Counted from the stretch's first letter, positions 41,169-55,212 are shown. The stretch is 64,000 nucleotides of DNA from Amoebidium appalachense (GCA_963693365.1 CAVNZM010000008.1:6272830-6336829); one strand, 5' to 3'. Notes: generated by a model not told the origin, from the letters alone. Translations and numbers: made by a program.

Positions 41169-41239
41169 GCGCCGTTGGTGTAGTGGTATCATGGAAGCCT
41201 CCCAAGCTTTCGACCCGGGTTCGATTCCCGGGCGGCGCA
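41169..41239 (+). tRNA. trnG-CCC: tRNA-Gly(CCC), intronless
   Basis: GCGCCGT acceptor stem pairs with GCGGCGC; A box TGGTGTAGTGG; anticodon arm GAAGC-CT CCC AA-GCTTT; B box GGTTCGATTCC; followed by a T run. Confidence 0.95.
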
Positions 41240-41242
41240 ACC

Positions 41243-41266
41243 TTTTTTTTTTTTCTTTTTTTTTTT
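41243..41266 (+). terminator. RNA polymerase III oligo-T terminator of the tRNA-Gly gene
   Basis: A T12 run begins 3 nt after the tRNA 3' end. Confidence 0.7.
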
Positions 41267-41342
41267 GTTTGTTTGTTTGTTTGTTTGTTTGTTTGTTTGC
41301 CCAAGCGAACTGGCAGGCTCTGCTGCCTTCTGAGGTAGCTCT

Positions 41343-41409
41343 TATTTTTCAAGGGCGACCCGGAGAGCGGCTGATCACGTGAGTCAGACTCGCCTGCCCT
41401 TGAAAAATA
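41343..41409. repeat. Perfect 14-bp inverted repeat with an internal palindrome (long hairpin or mini-MITE)
   Basis: TATTTTTCAAGGGC ... GCCCTTGAAAAATA; the spacer contains CTGA-TCACGTGA-G-TCAG. Confidence 0.7.
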
Positions 41410-42573
41410 GCCAGCGTCGATTTATTCGTACATAGGCTAGAGGGCACAGTCAGTATGTGGCAGTAGCAGACTTGCCAATGTATCTTTGGCATGCAAAAGC
41501 CTCCGGAGACATTGTGTGACAAAGCTCGACCTGTGCATCATGGCCCACACCGGGTGCACCAAACTACCACTTCCGTACGGGACCGGCCAGTGAGCTAGGG
41601 TAACTGTGTTTACATGATCGACTCATCAGTTTGCGCGGGTATTTTGAACATGTACTTCGCGAAATAATTTGCACAGTGTATGCTTGTCCACCGGCTGAGT
41701 TCAACTCTCATTGGTAGCTCTGCGCTGTTTCAACTTTGCGTGCCAGGCTTGCGTTTTGTACGGTAGTGGCTGGGAGGGCGTTTGTGATCCGATTTTCTTT
41801 CATTCATTGTCTTTCTCTCTTTCTTTGTTTCTTTCTTTCTTTCGAAATCTGTTTTTTTTTTGCTTGCTGCTGTTGAAATATAATGAAGCAAAAAAAAAAA
41901 GTAGAAATGTTGTTGTTGTTGTTGTTGCCTTTCATTCCGATCTTTTTTCTCTCTCTCTCTTCTTTTTTTTCCCCTTTCTTTTCAGGCATCAGTGATTTTG
42001 TTTGCTGCTGCTGTTGTTGCAATTGGTGATGTTAATTTTCTAAAGCTTTCTTTCTTTCTTTCTTTCTGCCTATTTTTTAGGTTTGTTTGCTGTAGTGTCG
42101 ATATTGTTGTTGAGGAGGAGGGGGGGGGGGGCTACTTAGCACCAAGGCCTTTGTCTCGTACATTCATAAGTTTGTATTCTGATGGGCACATACATGCCTT
42201 TGCATTGTATTATGTTCTGCCGTTTTCCCTAAATCACACACAGCGGTATATACACATGCCTGCCATGTGACTGGACTTAAAAAGGAGATCTCGAGAGGGG
42301 CAGGGGAGGGGCTATTCCTGCCATCTTTGTTACCACAAGGCAGTTAAAATCTCTCATTATCATCGTACTCAGTACAATTCCTTTCCGTCAGTACTACCTG
42401 ATAATATATATGGTCAGCCACCTGTCACGTAGCTCTTAGTGCACATGACACACTTTAAACAGTGCACGCATGCTTTAACATGATCCGAGCCCCAAAAAGG
42501 CCTTACAACAATCAATTGCAGTTAAACGAATTTAGCTTTAACCTACTAAAGGAATTAACTTTTAATTAACCAT

Positions 42574-44436
42574 TTAGAAGTCAAAGTCGCCCAGCAAGTC
42601 ATACATGACTTCCATAGGCAGGGTGGGCTCCGCACCCATTGTTGTTGTGGCGGCATGCATCGTGTGGCCCTCATGGGAGGTGGCGGTGGGGTGTGCGGTG
42701 GGATGAGCCCCCCCGGCAGAGGGATGTGAGGCACCAGCCGCAGACACAATCACCTCCATCTTCTGCCCGGCCAGGCAGTGGCCCCCTGTCCTTGGCTCGT
42801 CTTCACCGTTGATCTTGGCTTCGTCTGTGGGTGGATCGGAGGGTTGGTTAGGGTCATCAGGGCACAAATAGTGTGTAAACCACCCATGGCACTAGAGAGG
42901 ATTATCAAATATGCAAAATGGAAAAACGGAATTGTCTTTGCAAACTTGATGATGGCTTCGTACGTGGAAGGACTGTGCATAATAGACGTGGAGTATGCGC
43001 CGGGACAAGGGGGGGAATATGATTTAGTGAGAGTCAGTAAGCAAGTGACGACACCGTAATGAAGGAAAGAGAACAACGCTCTTTTGGTGTACGGAACACA
43101 CAACCATCACCAGAAAAATAGATAGTGACGATCGTATTTTGACATCCGGGGACATTGATTCGAGCAGTATCCTAAGTTGCAGCTTGGTAACGAAATTTTC
43201 GAAGTACACCATGACTTTTCTTTTGGCAAATTACCTTGACATGTGCCGTTGCACAGGGGTGTCCTAAAAACGGGGCGGAAGTGGGCTTGTGTATCGTGTG
43301 TGTGTGTGGGGGGGGGGGGGGGGAGGGGGGGGGGAGGGGGGGGTTGAGAGGAGGGGAGGAATGGGGGTTTTCGGGCCCGGAAGGGGGGAGGGGGGGTAGG
43401 TTTACGTACCATTGCCACCCTCAGTGCAGATGAAGTATGTGGTGCCTTCCTTAAGGGCTGACGCAGGGATGACCTTAGTCTCGCCATCGTCACAGCCACC
43501 CCAGAAGGTGCTGGTGGTGGCATCAGTTGCCGTACAACCATCGTAGCCGGCCTTGGACACCTGTGTGCATGAAAAAGGGTTTAGTACGAATAAAGGAGTA
43601 CGAAGAGGAACACAATGGCATAATACATCATTGGCAAGTGCAGGAGAAGAGGGGGGGGGGGGGGGGGGGGGGGGGAGGGGAGGGGAAGGGTGAGAAGGTA
43701 CGTCGGTGGAGAAGGGGAGAGGTCAAGGTGTTTACGTATCTGAGTGGTGTGGGAGAACAAGAGAATATGCAAGCCATGTTAGTTATGCAATGCTAGTTAA
43801 GTGCCCGGCCTGTTACGCTAGGAACTGGACAATTGATATCAGACACAAGAGAACATCGGGACTGCCATTGCCGTATGCACAGGCAGAAGGGCATGGGCAT
43901 GCGAACATCCACCAGGCAGTGAGATGCGCAGCAGTGCAAGCACAGGAACACGAAAACCAAGAAAAAGCGATATGCTGGCTGTTCGAGTTGCAAGGTTAGT
44001 AGTGCATAAGCATTGAGCCTCTACTCCAAAGCTCTGTCTGACCATGCGTACATGGGATCTCTCTGGTCACGCATGTTGGCCACTACCACCGATCACTGAC
44101 CATGGTCAGGCAATCGGGCCGATCTTTCGTACTGCAAGCTCAACCCTACTACTCCTAGTTTCACCCTAGCCCCCCCAGGCCAAACGTTCAACTCCCTTCC
44201 TCAACTTAAGTACAACCGAGACAGATGTGCTCACTCACCTGCCAGATGTTGTGATCCATGCCAGCGCATTTGAAAGTGATGGTCTCCCCGACCGTCAATT
44301 TCTCGGGTGTTGCGTAATTTCCTGGCACAACCCATGGGACAATCTTGGTCCCTGATGTTGATGCTGTCGAGGGTGGCGTCGTGACGGGGGAGGAAGCGGC
44401 CACACCGGCGAGTGCTGCGATAAGAGTAACCTTCAT
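42574..44436 (-). CDS. Secreted phytocyanin-type (plastocyanin-like, stellacyanin subtype) blue-copper protein with a His/Ala/Thr-rich tail
   Basis: Exons 44436-44239 (signal peptide MKVTLIAALAGVAAS; LTVGETITFKC..DHNIWQ), 43560-43410 (VSKAGYDGC...GTTYFICTEGGN), 42785-42574 (GGHCLAGQKMEVIV...stop). Phases match. The type-1 Cu ligand pattern His...Cys...His...Gln and the YDxC/HC disulfide cysteines are present. Confidence 0.85.
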
Positions 44437-46390
44437 TTTCGTTGCTGCGTTTAACGAAAAACACGCTTGAGGGAGTGAGGAAGGTTTGTTTGGTTATGCA
44501 CAGTACGTGTGTCGGTGCGTTTGCCTGAGAGTGGGGGAACCGTGGGATTATATAGACACCGACCGCGAATAAGATACTAAACTATGTTTTATATTTTGGG
44601 CGTCCAATCAGATTAGTACACTCCGGGGCTTGTAATAGCTTTTACTTATTTCATATTTACAGTTTGAATAAACGGTTAAAAAGAACAGGAATGGTGCATA
44701 AATTAGTCAGGACGACCGACAAAAAGGTGTCGAACTCCCTAAATTTTGTTCGCAAGCTCGCAAGCCCTGGTACCAAAGTCACAGTGTCAATTTGTGTCTA
44801 ATTCAGGCAGCCGTCCTCTCATACCTCCGCCATGTAGTCAAAATAGCCTCGAAACCTTTGAGGGTCCCTAGTTATTTTTTACAGCTTCTGTATGTCTTTT
44901 TTGTTTCCTAGGCCAGCAAGCCTTCCCCACGGGTTTGTTGGCTACTTAAAAAAAACAGGGTAGTGAAATAGCGACCACGTGATCAGTGAAGATTCTGGAA
45001 CACGAGTATTCCGAAATTGCGAGGCCCTGCCAGCGCATTTTATTGTAGGCTGCACGCCGTATTACTATATGTTTTATGGAAGAAATAAGACAATGTTCTA
45101 AGTTTCTATAACTTACATAAAATAAAACTCATTCAAATATCAAAGGAAACAACTTTGCCACGTGGGAGCCCAAGCAGTAAACACTCACTCATTCGCGATG
45201 ATTTTGGATTGAACCGGCTCGGATCATGGAATGCAGTTTCGTTCTTTGGAATCACAGGAATGCACTAAAAGCCGTGCGATTGGTACAGATTACGACACAA
45301 GGTCACAGAGTTCCATCTTGTTAAAGGACGGCTTAGAGCCATGTAAAAAAGGGTCATGATCATACATCAACGTTAAACGTTACCTTATGAACAGTCATGT
45401 ATATATATACCCTACATGAAAAACAGCATTACTTCAATAGATTAATCCCCTCTCATGATAGCCACAAACTTTTTTGCTCATTCACTTTCAATGAAGCGTT
45501 GTCTACATATGTAATGTGTGGCTATGCCTTCAATGGTACTACGCTATTTTTAGTGCCATTTTTAGTGCTGGAATGCTGAAGAGCTGCCCAGCCACACGTG
45601 ACACGTGCACAGCCTGTGACAGACGGATGGACGTGGGCACTGGGCAGGGGTCCCCCCGGCCCCCCTGAGCCCCCTCCATTCCTTTGGGAGGTTTCCCCCA
45701 ATCGGTGTGTAAACAAACATAGCGTCAGACAGAGGTTGATTCCAAATTATTTCTCCTGGTTGGAAAGATCTCAGAAGTTCCGAACGTCCCCTTTATTTAT
45801 TGTACTTGGAATTTCTATGTTGTTCAGAACGGTTGTTGTACATAGTGCATGCCCCAGCCAAAGTTGTAAGTTAGTAGTGCCTTAATCCTCGTTTCAAGTT
45901 GGTTTGTTTTAGGTATGTTTGTTTCCTGAGATTTATTTCACGTGATCTCTGTTTCATGTTTACGGCTGACGGCTGAGTTTGCTGTGTTCTGACCTCATCA
46001 TTACGTTGGGCCCCCTTTCGTAAAAACCATAAGTACCTCACTCACTGAAACACTTCGAAGCTGAATTGCAGGTATTGGGGACGACAGAAATATTTTATAA
46101 AACAACAAAAAAAGTAGGAATATAGTTATAAGCAGTAGTTTTGCTGTTGATTGAAGACAGCTGTAATGTTTATAAAACAACAACAAAATAAAAATAAAAA
46201 ACAGGAATAGCGCACCAAAAAAAAAGTTTTGTAAAACAACAAAAAAAGTAGGAATAGTAAAGTTTGAACACCAACCAAGATTCTTAGTAGAACAATGTGT
46301 GCAAGTTACATGTGTGTGTGTGTGTGTGTTGCAACATGTGCGTCAGTGTATAAACATTTGTGTGACGTGTAAACGTGTGTGTGCCATGCC

Positions 46391-46456
<66 letters not shown>

Positions 46457-46460
46457 CGCG

Positions 46461-46546
46461 TGCAGCGTTCGTATGTTTTTGTGTGTGTCAGTGATCATGA
46501 CACTGTTTGTGTGCGTGTGCGTGTGTGTGTGTGTGTGTCTGTGTGT

Positions 46547-46590
<44 letters not shown>

Positions 46591-46602
46591 GATCTTCACG
46601 GT

Positions 46603-46639
<37 letters not shown>

Positions 46640-46737
46640 GTGAGTCAGTGTGTGTGTGCAGCGTTCGTATGTTTTTGTGTGTGTCAGTGATCATGACACT
46701 GTTTGTGTGCGCGTGCGTGCGTGTGTCTCTGTGTGTG

Positions 46738-46781
<44 letters not shown>

Positions 46782-46812
46782 ATGTGCGCGTTGATCTTCA
46801 CGGTTCGTGTGT
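46461..46812. repeat. ~200-bp direct duplication of unique blocks embedded in (TG)n
   Basis: GCAGCGTTCGTATGTTTTTGTGTGTGTCAGTGATCATGACACTGTTTG occurs at about 46462 and 46658; TTGATCTTCACGGTTCGTG at about 46589 and 46791. Confidence 0.8.
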
Positions 46813-46813
46813 G

Positions 46814-46877
<64 letters not shown>

Positions 46878-47272
46878 CACCACCTCATATTAAGTCATAT
46901 GTGTGCGTGTTGTGCGTGAACACGTGTGTGGCGTGTACGCGTGTGTGTGTCACACTGCAGCTGTGTGTGTGTGTGTGTGCATGCGTTGACAATGTGTCTG
47001 ACACCGTGTTTGTGTATGTGCGCGCATGTGTGTACGTACGTAAGCCTGTGTGTGTGTCATGACGTCACAGGCTGTGTGAAACTGTGCGACATGTGTTTGT
47101 GCCCTCGTACCATTGTGTGCTTGACCGTCACGTTGTCACGGTGTGTGTCACATTGTTTGTGTGACTGCCAGTGTATATGCATACAGATGTGTGCGCGCCT
47201 GTTACTTCTGTGTGTCCGTACTACGACATGTACAACTGCATGACACTGTGCACATGTCACTGCCAGTCTAGA

Positions 47273-47310
<38 letters not shown>

Positions 47311-47495
47311 TGCGTGTGCGCGCGCGCGCGACGGTGTGTTCGTGTGTGTGTGTGTTTCTGACAGTGTGTACGGTTGTGACGCTATGTAAATATGTGTGTG
47401 CATGCGCCGTGTTTCTCTTGTTCATTTGTGCTATGTCACCGCGAGTCGAACAGACTGAGTGTGCACAGTATTCACTTGTACACAAGCGTGTGACA

Positions 47496-47537
<42 letters not shown>

Positions 47538-48062
47538 ATAGCGTAAACCAAACAACCCCACCCATTCATATTTAAATTTATTGGTCGCACCCTCCTCAGC
47601 TCAGCACACACCACCCTATGTAAACACATGTATCGCTACCATACATTACAGCACGGGTAACTGAGCTAGAGCTAAATGGATGTTGTACTTGGAGTGACAC
47701 GAGTACCGTGGATAATCAATCAATACTTCAAGGTACCCGTATGCCCTAGTTCTGGATTCATAAATGTTTGTGGGCTCAGGCCATGTACCCCCCCCCCCCC
47801 CCCTCCCCCCCCCCCCCCCCACCCACAAAATAAAATAATAAAAAATAAAAAGAAGTAAAGAAAGCACGACTCATACGCATGACACTTTGGAGCGCATACG
47901 AAGAAATGTATGTTCAAGTAGTCATTTCATCTTGGGTTGACTCTTGTCAGTGTGTAGATCAATTGTGCCCCTCTAAAACTATTGCAACGTGTACGCATCA
48001 CGATACCGCCTTCACAAGGTCAACACATTGGGTCATCTCCTTATATGGCAAATACCATTTCC

Positions 48063-48151
48063 TTAAATGGCAATCTTGAACATCTCCTCGAAGAGCTCCG
48101 GGTCGTCGGTGGGCACCCTCTTGATTTTGTGGTTGAAGAAGGTCTCAATCT

Positions 48152-48209
<58 letters not shown>

Positions 48210-48548
48210 TGTGTACGTGTACGTGTGCGCACGTGTGTGTTTTAGTGTGTGTGTACGCATGAGCGAATGAGTGAGTGATGTGTTTGAGTAAGTGGTGGTG
48301 GTGGTGGCAATAATGGTGGGGGATTTCGGAGTATGTAATGCAAGAACAAGAAAACGTGAAACTAAAACAGTCACCAACGGTTGGGAGCGCCAAAGAGCCA
48401 TGGGAAGTGGACGGGTGGAAGGGGAGGAGGGGGTTTGTTTAGAATGTGCTATTTAGTGCCAGAGAGTACGAAGTACGGATTCATGAACGAAAGCATAATG
48501 CAGAGTACAAAGATGAAGAAGAAAAGAGAAGTGCGCGGGGGGAGGGGA

Positions 48549-48587
<39 letters not shown>

Positions 48588-48859
48588 GGGGGGGCACTCA
48601 CGTGCACGAGTCGTCTTGATCGATCGTCATAGCAGAAGTTGATGCCGGCACCCTTGCGGCCAAACCGACCGGTGCGTCCTATTGGTGGGTATTTTTAGTA
48701 ATAGTGACATATATGGTAGGCGGAATCGGACACATGAGCAGAGAGGGAAGAAACTGGCCAGAGGGACCCAAGGTGGGCGGGAACGCGCGGGGCGGTGAGG
48801 TTGTTTTTTTTTTTTTTTTTTTTTTTTTGTAGTACCATGGTGGTGGTGGTGGTGGTGGT

Positions 48860-48922
<63 letters not shown>

Positions 48923-49804
48923 GGGCGAGAGGGGGGGGGGGGGGGGGGGGGATATGTAGTTTCAGGTGTCACTAAGTTGCGGCTTGGGTAGAGACGTTTC
49001 GGGTGTGTGCATGTGCATGCGTGTGTGCATGCACCGTCATGTGAATGAGTCTGTTTTTGGGGTAAGGGTGTAGTGTGTAATTACAACATTTAGGGTGTAT
49101 CTCGACAGGGCTGTACAGGCCGTATATGCGCAAAAGCTTGAAGCTTAGCGCGTGGACACATGTAGCCGATTGTGTGTATGCGCATTGCGTAGCGGTCTGT
49201 GCTCGTATACACATGCATGTGCGTGCTCGTGAATGTTTCCACCTACACATGCATGCGTGTGAACCGCATGTTTTGTACAGGCACATGCACGTGTGTGTGT
49301 GCCCGTGTGTGTTCGTACGTGCATGTCTGTGTACAGTGTGTGTTTGTACACACATGATTGTGTGTGCACGTGACCACCCACCAATACGATGCAGGTACGT
49401 CTCAAAGTCGGGCCTGTTCTCTCCAAACTTGACGGGGATGTCATAGTTCACCACCACGTTGACCTGAGAACATCCGTGTCAGATCGGCGTGTGACCACAT
49501 ACGAAACATGGTGAAACGTTAAAGTCAGGATCATTGGGGAAAAAAACAAAAACAAAACCCAAAAACCAAAAAAGCAAAAAAAAAAAAAAAAACCAAAAAA
49601 AACAACAACAAACGAGAACCAAGCTAATTGATTATTCTTCTTTGCATGTGTGTGTGTGTATGTGTATGTGTGTGTGTGTGTGTGTTTGTCGGGGGGGGGG
49701 GGGGGGGGGGGGAGGGGGGGGCAAGCACTCTGACCCACTTGATTGATGTCGATGCCTCGTGCCAAGACATTTGTCGTGATGAGCACTTTGGTCTTGCCTG
49801 CGAT

Positions 49805-49888
<84 letters not shown>

Positions 49889-51168
49889 ACATATGCGTGC
49901 GCATGTGCGCGTGTGCATGTGCGTGAATTAAGTGAGCATTCGTGTATAAGAGGAGGTGGGAGTGGGGGACAAACTTCTTCGCACTCTCCATTGAACCATT
50001 CCATTATAAAATATTAACGGACCAACCACGTACCCTGCCTAAACTCGTCCATGACCTTTTCTCTGTCATGTATGCTCATCTACAACCTGCTTTTTAGGTT
50101 TACAAGCAAGACTTAAACTTTAACGAACCAATCACCGACTCTGCCTAGCTCCGTTCACGAGCTTGTTTCTGTCCATCTTCACACCATCCATTTAAATGAT
50201 TCTATATTTTTTAATTATAAGGCCAGCCCCCTGCCTGAACCCATGCTCTTGTCTCAGTCCTGCACGCCCATCTTCACACCCTCCTTTTCAATTTTATAAC
50301 CATTCCTTTGAACTTTAACGGACCAACCACGTACCCTGCCTAAACTCGTCCATGATCTTGTCTCTGTCCTGCGCGCTCATCTTCATGCCCTCCTTTTTAA
50401 ACTTGCACTATAATTTTTAACGGGCCAACCACGTACCCTGCCTAAACACGTCCATGAGTTTGTTTCTGTCCTGCACGCTCATCTTCATGCCCTCGCTTTT
50501 AGTCATGCTACTTTAAATCTTAACGGACCAACCACGTACCCTGCCTAAACTCGTCCATGATCTTGTCTCTGTCCTGCACGCTCATCTTCATGCCTTCCTT
50601 GCTGCCTCCGTACAGCGCCGACACACTGTGACCCTCAGCAACCAATCGCTCATTGAGCCGCTTGGCCGTGTCCACTCTCTGCCAATTAAAAACCACCATT
50701 GTTAGCCTTACATGGAAGTGCCTATATTCGAACAAAAAAAAACGATTTTGACACGAACGGCCACCACAAGATTAGTTGGAGAAAAAAAAATCAAAGGTGG
50801 CGAGATGGCATTAGGAATTTCAGGACAGCTGGTCCTCCGGGCAGACATATATCGAATTGAAGCAACCCGATTGGAGCAACATAAAACCCCCGGGTCATGA
50901 TAAAGCGAAAATCAAATTTTGGGCTCAAGGAAAGCATCACCCGGTAGGAGTCAAAAACAATCTGCCAGCATAAATAGCTTAAAATGAATGATAGCCATTC
51001 ATCTCACTGATTTAAATTTGGGGAGTGGGGGGCATTGGCCAATCACCTCGCAGAAGATAATGACCTGGCCAATAGAAACCGAGCCATATATGTCGTTTAA
51101 AACCTCGTAGCGGTGGTCGTCATTCTTGCAGTCCACCCAGTACTGAGCAATGCCATCAAGCGTGAGCT

Positions 51169-51201
<33 letters not shown>

Positions 51202-51228
51202 TGGTGGTGTGGTGGGGGTGGGATATGT

Positions 51229-51273
<45 letters not shown>

Positions 51274-51503
51274 TATGTGTGTGTGTATGGGGGGGGGGGG
51301 AGGGGGTGGGGGGGAGGGAGGAAGATGTTTGTGTGATGTGTTTGTGTTTGTGTGTGTGCTTGTGTGTGTGTGTGTGTGTGTGTGTTTGTGTGTATGTGTG
51401 TGTGTGGGTGGGTGGGGGGGGGGGAATGAATGAGTGAATGAGCGAGCGAGCGAGTGAGTGAGTGAGTGGGTGAGTGAGTGGGTGAGTGAGTGAGAGAATG
51501 AGT

Positions 51504-51545
<42 letters not shown>

Positions 51546-52327
51546 CAACCTAGAATGTGTGGTTGTCTGCGTACGGCCTCTGTGTGGGTGTGGGTGCCCA
51601 TGAGAATGTTTGTCAGTGTGATGCATGCTTTCCGTGTGATTGTCTTTACCAAGAAAAAACGAAACAAGAGAGTCGATGGTCGAGGTTTTGTACATGCATA
51701 CACGAGCAGAGGAAAAATGAAAAAAAGAGGGGGAGAAGGAAATGCAGTAGACAAGACAAAAGTGACCACGGGGGAGAAGGGATGGCCAAAAAAAAAATAA
51801 AAAAAAATGGAGGGATGGGGGGAGGAGGAGTGACAGTGTGCTACACAGTACCAAACACCAAAATTGCATACACAGGAATACGGAGAAACGCAAAATGGAC
51901 ACACAAGAGAGCGCCCAACACTAGGAGAACACCTCCTTGTAGGAAGAGAAGGGGAGGGAAGGGTGAGCTGGGGGGAGGGAGAATGGGGGGGGGGGGGGGC
52001 AACGAGCAGAAACAGACAAACAGCAAAACAAAACACGGCACGTCAACACATTGTAATAACATCGAAGAAAAAATGTAAGGAAAAGTCTAAGGCCCGAAAC
52101 GATTCAACAGGAGCCCAGGAGCCCACACCGGGCAGCGTGGAGGGGGGGAGGTTTGGGGGCGGGGGGGGGGGGGGGGGGGGGGGGCGAAGGGGGTGGGAGT
52201 GGGTTGCTTGTTCATATATAAAGAGTATTTCAATAAAGTCATAATTAGGAGGGGGGGGAGGGGGGGGGGGATGCTGTTCATAATAAAGAATCACTTCAAC
52301 TGAGTCATTATGGGAAGGACGGGAGGA

Positions 52328-52365
<38 letters not shown>

Positions 52366-53204
52366 TTGAGCTTTACGTTTTGTTTGAGTGTGACGACGTT
52401 AGCCATGGGCAGTTGCTGTTTGCAGAACTCCCTCACAGCCTCGGCATAGGTGGCTGAGAACAGGAGCGTCTGGTGCTTGGGGTGCAGTAGCCTATTATGG
52501 AAGGTCAGGTTAAAGATATCGCGGCATACCCATGGCTAAAGGGATCGACAAATCGGAGGTCAGGTTAAAGATATCACGTCATACCCCAAGCTCATGGGGT
52601 GAACAGGAGATTTCGGTGCTTGGAGTGGAGTAACCTAATATGGAGGAACAGGTTGAAGTTAAACAGCATACCTAAGGGTAATGGGGTATAGAGTTGGATT
52701 GGAGGACGAGAGAAGAAGAGAGAGAGAGAAGGGTGAGGAAATAGGGACGGAGTGAGAAAGATCCGTGGAGAGGGGGAGGGGGGGTGCAGGGGGGTGGAGG
52801 TTAGAATGCGTTGTTAAGTACGAAGCACACATAAACAACGGGGGGGGGGGGGGGGGGGGGGGGGAGCAATAAAGAGAGACGGGTGAGAGAAAGGGAATAA
52901 GAAGAGCGGGATGGGCAGAGAGAGGCAGTGGAAGAGAGAGAAAAAGGCAGAGCAAGAAGGGGGAGAGGGAGGGAGGGGGGAAGGGGGGAGGGGGGGGGGG
53001 GGGGGGGGGAGGGCAAAAAGAAGAAAGAGGCAGAGAGAAAGATCCCTCTTTCCCCCCTCTCGCACACTCGAACAGGAACCCCTCACCTTAATCCGCCCTG
53101 CACACCCAACCCCTCTCCCCTAACCACCCCTTTTGTACATGACTTCCCCACATCCTCGTTCCCGCTTTCCTAGAAACCAACTACGTGCTCACTGCCCCCC
53201 CCCC

Positions 53205-53243
<39 letters not shown>

Positions 53244-53258
53244 ACACACACACACCCT

Positions 53259-53319
<61 letters not shown>

Positions 53320-54286
53320 AAAAGAAAGAAAAAAAAGAAAAGACAAGAAAAGAAAAAAGAAAGGGGAAAAAAGGGAAGAAAACAAACAAAAACGAAAATA
53401 TAGACCAGCACACACTTTTTGATGCGGATGGAGTCGTCTCTTTTCGTCTTGTCCATCATATCGTCTGCCTCGTCAAACACAATCACCACGACCTTCTTGG
53501 GGTCAAAGTGCCTGTGTAAGTGTGTATGTGTGTGATGTGTGTGTGTGTGTGTGTGTGTGTGATGTGTCTGGCACACAAATGAATCAGCGATTGGGCACAT
53601 TAATGTACGATGGTGTGGCATGGGCTAACAGGTTATTATAAAGGACAAACAAACAGGGGAGACTGGGCGGTGGCGGCAGCCCAGGGGAGGGGGGGGGGGA
53701 GGGGGGGGTTAGAACACCTGGAAGAATGTAGAAAAACGATGAGGAGACTCAATAAGATGCTGACGTGTTCAAAGGAAATAAGGGGAAGGTGATGGGGAGG
53801 AGGGGATGAGGGTGGCCAGTGCAAGAAACAAAGACAACGAGCCTATCCATTTTGATATTGTAATACTCTAAATACTATACACTGGTTATTTGGCTTCTAT
53901 ACCGAGCGAGGGGAGGGCAGATGCGGGGCTGGGGGGGGGGGGGGGGGGGGGGGGGGGTTATACCTGTAGCGAATCCAGTTATGGATTTGGCCGGGTGTGC
54001 CTACAAGGATTTGATCTTCCAATACGTGCCCACGGTCAACTGCGGGGGAGGGGGGAGGGGGGAGGGGGGAGGGGGGAGGGAGGGAGGGAGGGGGGGGGGG
54101 GGGGGGAGGGGAGGTTAGAACATAGGCAAATCACGAGCGTGTGCATGTGTGTATGAGAAAGAGATAGAGAGGGGGAGAGGGGGGGGGGGGAGAGGGGGGA
54201 GAGAGAGAGAGAGGGAGAGAGAGGGGGGGGGGGAGAAGGGAGAGGGAGAGGGAGAGGGGGGGGGGGGAGGGGAGGGGGGGGGGGGG

Positions 54287-54360
<74 letters not shown>

Positions 54361-54885
54361 ATGTGTATGTGTGCTTGCACATACACGTGTATGCGAGTTT
54401 CGTGTGCGCATGCATGAGTGCTGTATAAACATGTTAGTTACTGTATGTTTGTGTGTGTGTTTGTGCGTGTGAGTGTTTATGGGGTTTTAATCCAGGTGCG
54501 TACATTTGTGGTTTGCTACAAAAGCGCGCACTGACATCTGAACAGCCCCTTGGCTGGACAATATTGATACTATATCTGGGCAACCAAATGCTCACACTGT
54601 GTTACTAGGTCTGAGTGTGTGGGCATATGGATAATATCAATGTGTGTGTGTGTTGTGCACACATCTGGTGCAGGATTACGGAGAGGAGGTTGCATGGGTA
54701 GGTGACTGGGTGCGGTGGGGAGGGGGGAGGGGAGGGGAGGGGAGAGGGGGGACGCTATCCAAGCATTGCAGAGTATGAAAAGTGCACATACACGGCTGAT
54801 ACCACAAGGCAAACCGCTCAGACACAGAGGAGAGTGCATCACAGCCAGAGCCCATCACCAGGGAGAACCCAAGTCATCCATCTGC

Positions 54886-54960
<75 letters not shown>

Positions 54961-55107
54961 GGGGGGGGGGGGGATTCCTACGTCTCTCCTCCGACACAGC
55001 TATTCTGCACTTGATTTGTGTAAACTTGCCCATTGTGGTCACCACCTCATACGTCTGACGGACTAGCTCACGGGTAGGCCCCAGGCAGATAGCCTGTGTG
55101 TGTGTAC

Positions 55108-55159
<52 letters not shown>

Positions 55160-55165
55160 TGCATG

Positions 55166-55212
<47 letters not shown>

